This document shows, piece by piece, positions 1 through 8,170 of a DNA stretch of 11,520 bases (positions are counted from its first letter, which is position 1; each line of letters opens with the position of its first letter). A program made the translations under genes and the position numbers. Where the stretch lies: IMG/VR virus record IMGVR_UViG_2579778535_000015; one strand, given 5' to 3'. The notes under the pieces were generated by a model. The model saw nothing but the letters and a program-made list of their open reading frames with translations, had not been told where the DNA came from and did not search any database. The DNA is from a virus. Taxonomy: Duplodnaviria; Heunggongvirae; Uroviricota; Caudoviricetes.

Positions 1-600
1 ATGCTTATTGGCTATGTCCGCGTATCAACAAATGACCAGAATACAGAATTGCAGCGTAACGCGCTGGAGTGCGCAGGATGTGAACTGATTTTTGAAGATA
101 AAATCAGCGGAACGAAATCAGCCAGACCGGGATTGAAAAAACTGCTCAGAACGCTATCAGAAGGAGATACGCTGGTTGTCTGGAAGCTGGACAGACTGGG
201 CAGAAGTATGAAACACCTGATCACGCTTATTGAGGAATTGCGGGAAAAAGGTGTTAATTTCCGTAGTCTGACGGACAGCATTGACACATCAACACCCATG
301 GGGCGTTTCTTTTTTCACGTCATGGGAGCTTTAGCCGAAATGGAACGTGAATTAATTGTAGAGCGTACACTGGCCGGGCTGGCAGCAGCACGCGCACAAG
401 GACGCATTGGCGGACGTCGCCCGAAGTTGACAAAAGAACAACACGAGCAAATAGCGAGGCTGATTAAAAACGGTCATGACAGGAAACAACTGGCGATCAT
501 TTACGACATCGGCATATCGACGATTTATCGTTATCACCCTGTAGGCGATATACAGGCTGAAGAAACAATCAGGCAGATTCAGGAAAATGAAAACCGCTAA
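1..600 (+). CDS. Serine-recombinase DNA invertase (Pin/Gin/Hin/Cin family)
   Basis: 199-aa ORF starting at window position 1 (upstream region not visible). Translation carries the family-typical blocks GYVRVSTNDQ (catalytic serine), VVWKLDRLGRS, SLTDSIDTS and GRFFFHVMGALAEMERELIVERT, plus a short C-terminal HTH-like tail. It closely resembles e14 Pin and Salmonella Hin as I recall them. Confidence 0.9.
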   Translation: MLIGYVRVSTNDQNTELQRNALECAGCELIFEDKISGTKSARPGLKKLLRTLSEGDTLVVWKLDRLGRSMKHLITLIEELREKGVNFRSLTDSIDTSTPMGRFFFHVMGALAEMERELIVERTLAGLAAARAQGRIGGRRPKLTKEQHEQIARLIKNGHDRKQLAIIYDIGISTIYRYHPVGDIQAEETIRQIQENENR

Positions 601-626
601 TCTGACCATTAGCGGTTTTGCGTTAA

Positions 627-1115
627 TCAAAACAGCCCTTTAACGGAGCTGGCCGCGCTGTTAAGGGATGATGTGACCTTATCTTTGAAGCCGGACAGCA
701 TATCACTGAACGATGAGGATTGCAGGCGCTCCCGCAAATCCTCATCACAGCGTTCAAGAGTCAGTGAAAATTCTATCTTTTTCGCCTTACCGTAGCGATC
801 AAACTCGGAGCGGGTCGTATTCGTTTCAGTCAGTACATACATGCCGTAAATCTGTCCGACGCCATCAATCAGAGGCCAGGGGCGTCCTGTATACGCCTGC
901 GTGGTCAGCAGCGACAGCGACACTTCGCCACCTGTGATTTCAGGATAAAGCACACCAGAAAGCACGATGCGATCATCGCCTGCCCCGATATACTGCCAGC
1001 TTGCTGAACGGTTAACGCGTTCATTTTTCACATGCCGCCAGCTTTTATTTTGCTGTAACTGCTGATGCGGCAATGTGCGCAGCTCAAAAACAAACATGCC
1101 GTAGATCATCATCAT
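627..1115 (-). CDS. U: P2 gpU-like tail protein
   Basis: Minus-strand ORF (six-frame track 627..1121). The N-terminus MMMIYGMFVFELRTLPHQ is typical of GpU-family proteins. Lies immediately downstream of the tape measure gene, matching P2 T-U order. I place the start at the ATG at 1115 (minus) because a GAGGAG Shine-Dalgarno lies about 8 nt upstream; the start could be 1121 or 1112. Confidence 0.8.
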   Translation of the reverse strand: MMMIYGMFVFELRTLPHQQLQQNKSWRHVKNERVNRSASWQYIGAGDDRIVLSGVLYPEITGGEVSLSLLTTQAYTGRPWPLIDGVGQIYGMYVLTETNTTRSEFDRYGKAKKIEFSLTLERCDEDLRERLQSSSFSDMLSGFKDKVTSSLNSAASSVKGLF

Positions 1116-1127
1116 GGCCATGACTCC

Positions 1128-3971
1128 TCAATCTTTATCGTAAAAACTGCCACGTCCGGCACGGTCGCGTCGTTCCAATTCTGCCCTGACCATTTCACCG
1201 ACCAGTTTCGCCAGTTCGCGGGGATTCTGCGTAACAACGTTATGCAGATGAACATGAATTTCACCGCCAAATCCGGAGACAACAGGCTCCCGGTTACGGG
1301 AAGTTGCAGGAACTGATGCCACTGGCGATCGTATGGCCTCCACCACCGGGCGGGAGCTGGCCGCAACAACAGGGACCAGCGCCGGAGGCAGAGGAGTCGG
1401 GACCACGGGTGTGATGTTGATTGCGGAAGCAGGCTTACTGACCTGCGCAATCTTCCGCTCCTGCCACTCCCCACGAACAGCAAGTGCGCGGGGCAGGTTC
1501 TTAAAGACAATATCGCCGGGGCCAATGCGTTTTTTCGTCTCATCAACCAGCTTACCTGTGTTATCAGCAATTTTGCTGAGTCTGCGTAGCGTACCGGTAT
1601 TGCTGTCTGTGAGCGGTTTGTTGTCTTTGGGTTTATCACCTCCGGTGCCATTGCCATTTTCCACAGGCTTCGGCGGATTGATTTTCGCCAGGTCCCCCTG
1701 AAGCAAGGCAACCTTGTCCTGAAGAATGGCCGCACGCTGTGCGTCTTCGATTTTCTTGCGCGCCCTTTCCGCTTCATCCGGAAGGACGCCAAGTTTTTCA
1801 AGTATCCACGCCAGCGTATCCAGTAGCATTTTTGCAGGCGTCAGAACAAGTTGTAACGCACCGCCAAGAACGTTACCGAATATCTCGCCAGCACTGGTAC
1901 ATTTATCCAGCGTTTCCTTGCTGGACTCCATCGGTGACAGCAGCGATTTAAACCAGTTAAACACCTGGCTGATCCCGCTTCCGATTGCGTCAAAAACAGG
2001 ACCAAACCGTTCAAAGGTTTCGCGCAACGGGGCCAGCCTTTCCATAATCCCGCTGAACACCCCGGCAAAAAATGCCCTGATGGGATCCCAGTATTTCCAG
2101 ATAAGAACGGCAGCTCCGGCAAGCGCAGCCACGATAAGACCAACCGGACTGAACAGCGCCCCGATAGCACCTCCCAGCAAAGAAACGGAACCCGTCACCA
2201 TTCCCCATAGTGCTGGCAGGACCCTGACAGCATTCATTGATCCGGTCAGGAGAGAAAAACCGAGACGTAACGTAGCCAGCTTCCCGTGAAGCACCCCAAT
2301 AACCAGAGACAACGAACCAACCGTTGCTGCTGTCGCCAGCAGTGCACCTCCCGCTATCAGTAACTGGCGCGTCAGTGCCGGATGGGCCTGCGCCAGTGCC
2401 GTCACTTTTGAGACCACCCGCGTGAGCCACTGCGTGACAGAACGCAGCGGACCGTCAATCAGATCTGCAATGCGGATGCGCAACCCTTCCCATGCACTGC
2501 CGAGTGATTTCAGATCGCCGTCAAGGTTGTTGGCCATAACCTTTGCTGTGCGTTCAGCCTCACCGCGCGCGCCTTCAAGTTCTTTTCTCAGTTTGGGTAA
2601 GGAACCGTCACCCGCTGCATCAACGAGCGCCATAAACGATGTGAAAGCCTCTTCTCCGGCAATGTCCTTAAAGAACGATACCCGGTCAACTTCCCCGTAT
2701 TTGCGGGTGGCTTTATAAAGGTCGGCCAGCACATCCTCCATCGGGCGCATTTTGCCCCCGGCATCCGAGACGGACACGCCCAGCTCTTTCAGAGCTTCTG
2801 CCGCCGCCTTTGGCGGTGATGCCAGACGAGCCAGGCTGGCACGCATTGCCGTCCCGGCATCACTCCCTCTGATGCCCATATTCGCCAGCACGCCAGCCAT
2901 CGCTGCGGCCTGCTCCAGCGATATTCCCAGCTTACCCGCCACCGGACCTGCATATTTCATGGTTTCACCCAGTGCGCGAAGGTCAGTGTTGGTACGGGTA
3001 AACGCTGCGGTAAGTGTGTCACCGACCCGGTCCATCTGGTCAGCAGAAAGGCCGAACTGCGTCAGGATATTTGAGCCAATATCCGCCGTCTCGCCGAGAT
3101 CGATACCGCCAGCCGTTGCCATGCTTAGCACGCCGGGAAGCGCAGCCTGAATGGCCTGCGGAGTAAAACCAGCCATTGCAAGAAATGCCTGTCCACTGGC
3201 GGCATCGCCTGCGGTGAACTGCGTTTCAGAGCCAAGTTTTAACGCCTGCTCACGCAGCGCCTTAAACTGCGGGCTGTTCTGGTCAATTCGCGTCAGCGCC
3301 TGAACGCGGGACATCTCTTTCCCGAACCCGATCGCGGGCTGCAAAAAACGCCCGGCAGCATAGCCGCCCGCAGCTGCTGCACCAATTGCCAGCGCACCAC
3401 CTGTTTTCAGTTTTCCCGCTGTTTCCTGCGCGCGCGAATACCGCTCACGCGCCCGCGTTACACGCGCAAGCGCCTGCCGTTCGCGTTCAAGCTGGTTGTT
3501 GTACTGTTCGGTGCGTCTGATGGCCTGCTGGATGGTGTTATCGCTGCCTGTCAGGGAAATGCCGTGGCGTTTCAGCTCTCCGCCAAGTTCCCGCATTTTC
3601 TGAATTTCCCGTGTGCGCGATTCATTCAGGCGTTCAAGCCGGGTGCTTAACTGCTGCATCAGCTTTTGTTGTTTTTCGCTGAGCACTGTACCCGTGCGTT
3701 GTAACTGATTAAGGGCGTTAAGCTGGCGTCGTGCTTTCAATATGCCAGCATCCGCTTTACTGACAGCGTCACGGGCGCGCTCAAATGAACGCGCCTGACG
3801 CTCGAGATTTTTGATCGCCCCCTGAGTTCGCTGGATGGAGTCACCAAACTGCCCCATCAGGCGGCGGGCGTTTTCGGCAGGCCGGGTCAGCCTGTCAACG
3901 GCGCTGAAAGCGACCCGGATATCAAGAGTCTTCATTGTCTGCATTCCCGCTGCGAAGTGCCGCCCGCTCAC
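1128..3971 (-). CDS. T: Phage tail tape measure protein (P2 gpT-like)
   Basis: 947-aa minus-strand ORF between the E/E' chaperone gene and U. Long helical N-terminal half rich in Q/R/E/L/A, hydrophobic Gly/Ala-rich central segments, C-terminal region. The 5' end overlaps the E' frameshift ORF as in P2. Exact start uncertain: GTG at 3971, or in-frame ATG at 3944 or 3935. Confidence 0.85.
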   Translation of the reverse strand: MSGRHFAAGMQTMKTLDIRVAFSAVDRLTRPAENARRLMGQFGDSIQRTQGAIKNLERQARSFERARDAVSKADAGILKARRQLNALNQLQRTGTVLSEKQQKLMQQLSTRLERLNESRTREIQKMRELGGELKRHGISLTGSDNTIQQAIRRTEQYNNQLERERQALARVTRARERYSRAQETAGKLKTGGALAIGAAAAGGYAAGRFLQPAIGFGKEMSRVQALTRIDQNSPQFKALREQALKLGSETQFTAGDAASGQAFLAMAGFTPQAIQAALPGVLSMATAGGIDLGETADIGSNILTQFGLSADQMDRVGDTLTAAFTRTNTDLRALGETMKYAGPVAGKLGISLEQAAAMAGVLANMGIRGSDAGTAMRASLARLASPPKAAAEALKELGVSVSDAGGKMRPMEDVLADLYKATRKYGEVDRVSFFKDIAGEEAFTSFMALVDAAGDGSLPKLRKELEGARGEAERTAKVMANNLDGDLKSLGSAWEGLRIRIADLIDGPLRSVTQWLTRVVSKVTALAQAHPALTRQLLIAGGALLATAATVGSLSLVIGVLHGKLATLRLGFSLLTGSMNAVRVLPALWGMVTGSVSLLGGAIGALFSPVGLIVAALAGAAVLIWKYWDPIRAFFAGVFSGIMERLAPLRETFERFGPVFDAIGSGISQVFNWFKSLLSPMESSKETLDKCTSAGEIFGNVLGGALQLVLTPAKMLLDTLAWILEKLGVLPDEAERARKKIEDAQRAAILQDKVALLQGDLAKINPPKPVENGNGTGGDKPKDNKPLTDSNTGTLRRLSKIADNTGKLVDETKKRIGPGDIVFKNLPRALAVRGEWQERKIAQVSKPASAINITPVVPTPLPPALVPVVAASSRPVVEAIRSPVASVPATSRNREPVVSGFGGEIHVHLHNVVTQNPRELAKLVGEMVRAELERRDRAGRGSFYDKD

Positions 3972-4140
3972 GCCAGCTAACCACTTCGCCGGGCGTCATC
4001 ATGAAGATTTCGGCGGGCGACCAGTTAAAAATGGCGGCAATATCCGCCACAAAGTCTTCTATGTGCTCAAAGCACACAACCGTGATCAGGCTTCCGTCGC
4101 CTGTTCGTTCTTCCCGCCAGAGTCCGCACCGCTCAAAAAA
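3922..4140 (-). CDS. E': gpE' extension, expressed as E+E' fusion by -1 programmed frameshift
   Basis: The -1 frame ORF (track 3922..4158, minus) is entered exactly at the slippery heptamer inside gpE. After the slip the reading continues ...VNFF-ERCGLWREERTGDG... to a stop at 3922, overlapping the start of T. This is the conserved P2-family E/E' arrangement. Confidence 0.6.
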   Translation of the reverse strand, partial: FFERCGLWREERTGDGSLITVVCFEHIEDFVADIAAIFNWSPAEIFMMTPGEVVSWRERAALRSGNADNEDS

Positions 4141-4451
4141 TTTACGGCAACCACACATAACTGAATAAAGTCACGGGATGCCATTTTTTTGATCGTCACT
4201 TCATCCAGTCGCGGTGATGTCACGCGTGACAGCAGCGTAAACATGGATTCCGCTTTCAGATTCAGCACATCAGACAGCGACAAATCTCGCAGAGATCCAG
4301 CCTGCTCAATAGCCCCGGTGATCTCCACATACGTGATTTTTTCGCTGCCTCGCTCAATGGGTTGGGTAAGTTTTACGCCACGCTCACTGGTTTCTTTCAC
4401 AGTGTCAGCAACTACCGTGTTTTCGGTATCGATGTTTTTCGTCTCTTTCAT
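4086..4451 (-). CDS. E: Tail assembly chaperone (P2 gpE-like)
   Basis: 121-aa minus-strand ORF between FII and T. AAGGAG Shine-Dalgarno 7 nt upstream of the ATG at 4451. Contains the internal slippery site that feeds E'. Position and size fit the P2 gpE family. Confidence 0.8.
   Translation of the reverse strand: MKETKNIDTENTVVADTVKETSERGVKLTQPIERGSEKITYVEITGAIEQAGSLRDLSLSDVLNLKAESMFTLLSRVTSPRLDEVTIKKMASRDFIQLCVVAVNFLSGADSGGKNEQATEA
4134..4140 (-). other. -1 programmed ribosomal frameshift slippery heptamer T_TTT_TTG (gpE/gpE')
   Basis: Plus strand 4134-4140 is CAAAAAA, so the minus strand reads TTTTTTG. In the gpE zero frame the codons are AAT TTT TTG (N-F-L), giving the X_XXY_YYZ phasing. 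The -1 frame from this point is open for 71 codons. Confidence 0.65.
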
Positions 4452-4505
4452 CAGGAAACTCCTTTCAGTCAGAGGCGACGCACTGCGCCGCCTGCATATT
4501 ACTTA

Positions 4506-5018
4506 TCAGCCAAGCCCGAGCGCGGAACGGATGCGATCGGGCACAATGTCCTTGCCGTCCTTCCGGTAAATGAAGTTCAGCAGGTCAATCTCCCACAACG
4601 GGCGATCGTTAACACTCAGCTTGTAGTAGGTGTTTTTAATGGCGTAAGTGTGTGATGTGGCTTCGCCCTGTTTGGCTTCCCCCATATCAATTTCCGTCAC
4701 ACGTCCGCGCATTTCGACTTCATACAGGTCGCTTTCTGCATCGGTGTAGTATTCACCCGCAAAACGCAGCAGCGTGCCGTCAATCGTGCCGCCATACTTA
4801 AGGAACAGCTCACGAACTGCGCCCCCCATGACAAAGCTCGCATCAAGCGCGGAGTCATCCAGGCCGAGATCAATACTTACCGCTCCCATCATGCCACCAC
4901 CCCGGTAGCTGTCGGTTTTGCGCGTCAGCTTAGGCAAAGTGACGGACGTCACCTTACCCACTTCGTTTTCACCATCCACAAACAGCGTAAAAAAGCGAAG
5001 ATGTTTTGGCACAGCCAT
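4506..5018 (-). CDS. FII: Tail tube protein (P2 gpFII-like)
   Basis: 170-aa minus-strand ORF. Its start codon overlaps the FI stop (minus strand reads TGATG) and is preceded by GGGAGGTG. Size and position directly downstream of the sheath gene match P2 FII. Confidence 0.88.
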   Translation of the reverse strand: MAVPKHLRFFTLFVDGENEVGKVTSVTLPKLTRKTDSYRGGGMMGAVSIDLGLDDSALDASFVMGGAVRELFLKYGGTIDGTLLRFAGEYYTDAESDLYEVEMRGRVTEIDMGEAKQGEATSHTYAIKNTYYKLSVNDRPLWEIDLLNFIYRKDGKDIVPDRIRSALGLG

Positions 5019-6202
5019 CAGGCACCTCCCAGCACCGCAAATGCGGGTTCAAAGTATTCATCAGTAAACGTCTGGTAAAGCTCCATGTCTTCCAGTGGCG
5101 GAACGGGCGTATATTTGTAGCGAATACGCACACGCCCCTGACGTAAATCCGTGGTGCTGTTATCCACCACGTCATACCAGCACGACGCGCCAATCAGTTT
5201 CCCGGCAGTAACCAGTGAATCCAGTTTTGCCCTGATGGCACTGATAACATCCTTCACGTTCGCAGGCGTCAGTGGACTGTCGATGGTTTCAAACTGCGCT
5301 TCCGCAATTGAATCAGCCAGCACCTGTGCGGTTCGGGTATACACCTCAAAAATGTAGGCGTTCGTTTCCGGTGTGCGGTTGCCCCAGAAGCGGAACCCGT
5401 TGCGACGAATAATGGTCGTGATTTCTTTGTTGTTGAGGCTGTTGGCATCACTGTCTTCGGCCTGCAACGACCAGAACACATGCCTCGACATCCCCAGCAC
5501 ATTTTTAACCGGAACGTTGGACAGCGATTTGTGCCAGCCCTGCTCATGGTCAATGTACGCACGAAGGCCGCACGCATAAGCAGGCGCGGGGAACGTTTCG
5601 TTTTCGCCACTTTTCGGGTTGTAGGCGATGAAGTCCGGCCATAAGAGCATTACTTCACGTTCGTTGAATTTCTGGCGGTAGGTAATCGCTTCAGCCATCG
5701 TGTTACAGCCGTGACATGAGGCATACACAAACGCGCGAAGTTTACCCGCAATCACGCACAGGGATTTTGTCACCGCCTCCGTGTCCAGCTCCGGCGCGGC
5801 CAGAATACGCGGACGGTATCCGATGCTTTCATCCTGCTCTGCAACAAGCAGCGCATACATCCCCGTATAGCTGCCGTCATCCTCAGAACCACCGATAACC
5901 AGTTGATCCTGCGTCTTTTCGTCTTCTTCTTTGTGTTCAGCCACGCGAACGACGATCACCTTTGTGCTCACCTGGTCTGCGATGGCCTTAAGCGCACGAT
6001 AAAGCGTCCCCGTTGTTCCGCATTTTCCCAGCACGTCATTGACGCGGGTCAGCAGTGTGGGCTTGTTCAGCGGGAACAGCTTCGCGTCCGCATCATCCGC
6101 CGTTGCCACGATACCGATAACGCTGGAATCAACATCGTTAATCGCTGTTACCAGGTCGGTATTTTCCGTAACACGGGCACCATGAAAACGAGTTTCACTC
6201 AT
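5018..6202 (-). CDS. FI: Contractile tail sheath protein (P2 gpFI-like)
   Basis: 394-aa minus-strand ORF. Recalled similarity to P2 FI throughout, for example LNKPTLLTRV, WPDF, HEQGWHKSLSNV, IRRNGFRFWGNRT, YTPVPPLE. AAGGGG Shine-Dalgarno about 9 nt upstream of the ATG at 6202. Confidence 0.9.
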   Translation of the reverse strand: MSETRFHGARVTENTDLVTAINDVDSSVIGIVATADDADAKLFPLNKPTLLTRVNDVLGKCGTTGTLYRALKAIADQVSTKVIVVRVAEHKEEDEKTQDQLVIGGSEDDGSYTGMYALLVAEQDESIGYRPRILAAPELDTEAVTKSLCVIAGKLRAFVYASCHGCNTMAEAITYRQKFNEREVMLLWPDFIAYNPKSGENETFPAPAYACGLRAYIDHEQGWHKSLSNVPVKNVLGMSRHVFWSLQAEDSDANSLNNKEITTIIRRNGFRFWGNRTPETNAYIFEVYTRTAQVLADSIAEAQFETIDSPLTPANVKDVISAIRAKLDSLVTAGKLIGASCWYDVVDNSTTDLRQGRVRIRYKYTPVPPLEDMELYQTFTDEYFEPAFAVLGGA

Positions 6203-6359
6203 AGCTTCAGCCCCTTGTATCCGTTAAATGATTCGGCAACAATCATCACCCACCACGCGCGTAATCTCACCCCTGCGCCGTTCTCCCGCCACGGCGACAA
6301 CAAAAAGCAGTAACCCCCTCCGCACGCACATGCGACCATGCCACACAGGGAGGGAGCAG

Positions 6360-7469
6360 ATGACCGACACCACCATGCAATTGCTCAGTCAGAGCACAGA
6401 CCCCGTGAAAATGCCGGATTTTGATATTCTTGCGGAGGGTAAAACGCTGTCCGGCGTGGCAGAGCGCCTGATGAGCCTGTCACTGACCGACAACCGGGGA
6501 TTTGAAGCAGACCAGCTCACCATCACGCTGGATGATGCTGATGGTCAGTTGCAGTTGCCGCCACGGGGCGCTCGCCTGACGGTTCTCATTGGCTGGAAAG
6601 GCGAACCGCTGACAGAAAAAGGCACTTACATTGTTGATGAAATTGCTCATGAAGGACCGCCCGACAGACTGACCATTTCAGCCAGAAGCGCAGATTTTCG
6701 GGATGAATTTAACGTCAAGCGCGAAGTGTCCTGGCATGATGTGACCGTTGAGCGAGTGGTATCCGCCATCGCTCATCGGTACGGTCTGAAACCGCAAATC
6801 AGCGAAATGCTGATGGATATCGAAATCGACCACGCCGACCAGACCGAAGAAAGTGACATGTCCTTCCTTACGCGCATGGCGGAAATGCTGGGCGCAATCA
6901 CCACGGTAAAAAGCGGTAATCTGTTATTCATCATGCCCGGCGGTGGCGTGAACGCACAGGGCCAGCCGTTGCCATCGTTCGCCATCACACGCAGCAGCGG
7001 CGATCGCCATCAGTTCCGCATTGCGGACCGCGAAGCGTATACGGGGGTACGCGCCTACTGGCTTGATCTTAATTACGGGAAAAAGAAAAAAGTCAGCGTG
7101 AAACGCCGCAAACCGCCAAAACCCAAAAAGGAGAAAAGCAGCAGCCGTGAAGGTGATTATATGGAAGGCGCGGAAGGCAATGTGTTTGTGTTACGCAAGA
7201 CCTATCAGAACGAACAGGCAGCAAGACGCGCAGCGGCGGCAAAGTGGCAGCAACTACAACGCGGAGCCGCATCATTCTCCATCACGCTGGCGCGTGGACG
7301 TGCAGAACTCTACCCCGAAATGCATGGTACGGTAACAGGATTTAAAAGCGAGATTGATAATCAGGACTGGATCATTGCAAAAGCCGAGCACACCATTGAT
7401 AACAGTGGCTTTACCACGCAGCTTGAGCTTGAGGCAAAAATCCCGGAATGGATAGCGGAAACAGAGTGA
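6360..7469 (+). CDS. D: P2 gpD-like tail protein (late control gene D family)
   Basis: Plus-strand ORF (track 6228..7469). I place the start at the ATG at 6360 (MTDTTMQLLSQS...), which follows a GGGAGGGAG Shine-Dalgarno. About 370 aa, immediately upstream of ogr as in P2. The family assignment rests on position, size and recalled sequence character, not on a search. Confidence 0.78.
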   Translation: MTDTTMQLLSQSTDPVKMPDFDILAEGKTLSGVAERLMSLSLTDNRGFEADQLTITLDDADGQLQLPPRGARLTVLIGWKGEPLTEKGTYIVDEIAHEGPPDRLTISARSADFRDEFNVKREVSWHDVTVERVVSAIAHRYGLKPQISEMLMDIEIDHADQTEESDMSFLTRMAEMLGAITTVKSGNLLFIMPGGGVNAQGQPLPSFAITRSSGDRHQFRIADREAYTGVRAYWLDLNYGKKKKVSVKRRKPPKPKKEKSSSREGDYMEGAEGNVFVLRKTYQNEQAARRAAAAKWQQLQRGAASFSITLARGRAELYPEMHGTVTGFKSEIDNQDWIIAKAEHTIDNSGFTTQLELEAKIPEWIAETE

Positions 7470-7511
7470 GGAACTTAGAATAGCGACAGCACCACGTTAA
7501 GGGAGGTCGCT

Positions 7512-7772
7512 ATGTTCCGTTGTCCGCTTTGTGGCGCATCTGCCCGTATCCGCACCAGTCGTCCGGAAAATGATTCAAACACCGTGCGGCAAAAGTATTA
7601 CCAGTGTAACAACCTGGAATGCGGCGTATGCTTCTCAACACTGGAAGCTTTCCATAAATTCACATCGAAACACGCCTCCGGCGTTCACTCATCAGAAGGT
7701 ATCCCGTGGCATGAGCTGCCAGCTTCACACAGGGGAAACAATCAGATGAGTTTGCCTTTATCTCAGAATTAA
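7512..7772 (+). CDS. ogr: Ogr/Delta-family zinc-finger late transcription activator
   Basis: 86-aa ORF starting MFRCPLCGASARIRTSR, with a second Cys pair CNNLEC (C-x2-C ... C-x4-C), matching recalled P2 Ogr (MFHCPLC...CQNVNC). GGGAGG Shine-Dalgarno 5 nt upstream. Directly downstream of D. Confidence 0.85.
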   Translation: MFRCPLCGASARIRTSRPENDSNTVRQKYYQCNNLECGVCFSTLEAFHKFTSKHASGVHSSEGIPWHELPASHRGNNQMSLPLSQN

Positions 7773-8170
7773 CAGGCAGAATTGCCGGAGTAACAAAAAA
7801 AGCGATACACCCATTTACCCGGCAGTACCACTCCCCCGCCCCATAGCTGGCAGTGAGGCGGGATGTTTTGCCTACCCGCCAGCAGGCACCATCGTGGAAA
7901 TATCCAACATTGAAGGACGCCCGGATAAGCCTGTTATCAGGCAAATCTTACCCATCGGTCATAACCTGCCTGATGTAAAGCCCGGCGAACAATTGCAACA
8001 ACAGCGTGCAGAAGTGTTTCAGCATGTCACGACTGACGGAAGCTGGCGCAGAAAAACCGACCAGCAAATCCAAGAAGAAAAGCGCGTAAAACGATCACTG
8101 CTGATGTGGCGTTTCTTTATACAAGCTGCTATTTGCGATATGCTGAACACATCAACCTGTGGAGTGCATT

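Noticed and set aside
12-630. Minus-strand ORFs 12..299 and 352..630 antisense to the invertase gene
   Set aside because: They are contained within a strongly supported invertase coding region and show no recognisable protein features.
1112-1801. 229-aa minus-strand ORF overlapping the 3' part of the tape measure gene
   Set aside because: It lies entirely inside the tape measure gene in another frame, is Arg/Ser/Trp-rich low-complexity sequence typical of off-frame GC-rich DNA, and has no independent Shine-Dalgarno context.
1333-3150. Several plus-strand ORFs (1333..1701, 1726..2289, 2422..2718, 2752..3150) antisense to the tape measure gene
   Set aside because: Ala/Ser/Pro/Arg-rich translations, characteristic of the antisense strand of a GC-rich gene; they overlap a well-supported gene.
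4474-4492. Short hairpin (GGCGACGCA-CT-GCGCCGCC) between FII and E
   Set aside because: It is 7 bp with one mismatch, is not followed by a U-tract on the transcribed strand, and sits within an operon. Probably an incidental mRNA structure rather than a terminator.
6203-6359. Search for an Ogr-type late-promoter box (TGT-N12-ACA) in the FI/D divergent intergenic region
   Set aside because: The only TGT (6216-6218) has no ACA at the required spacing, so I could not support a late-promoter call from sequence alone. Promoters must exist here but are left unannotated.
7835-7881. Alternating CCCGCC / GGCGGG / CCCGCC elements downstream of ogr, possible terminator or att remnant
   Set aside because: Stems are only 6 bp with a long loop and there is no clear U-tract, and no match to the P2 att core as I recall it. 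Too weak to call.
7660-7944. 94-aa minus-strand ORF overlapping the ogr 3' end
   Set aside because: Antisense to the well-supported ogr gene, with no supporting signals.
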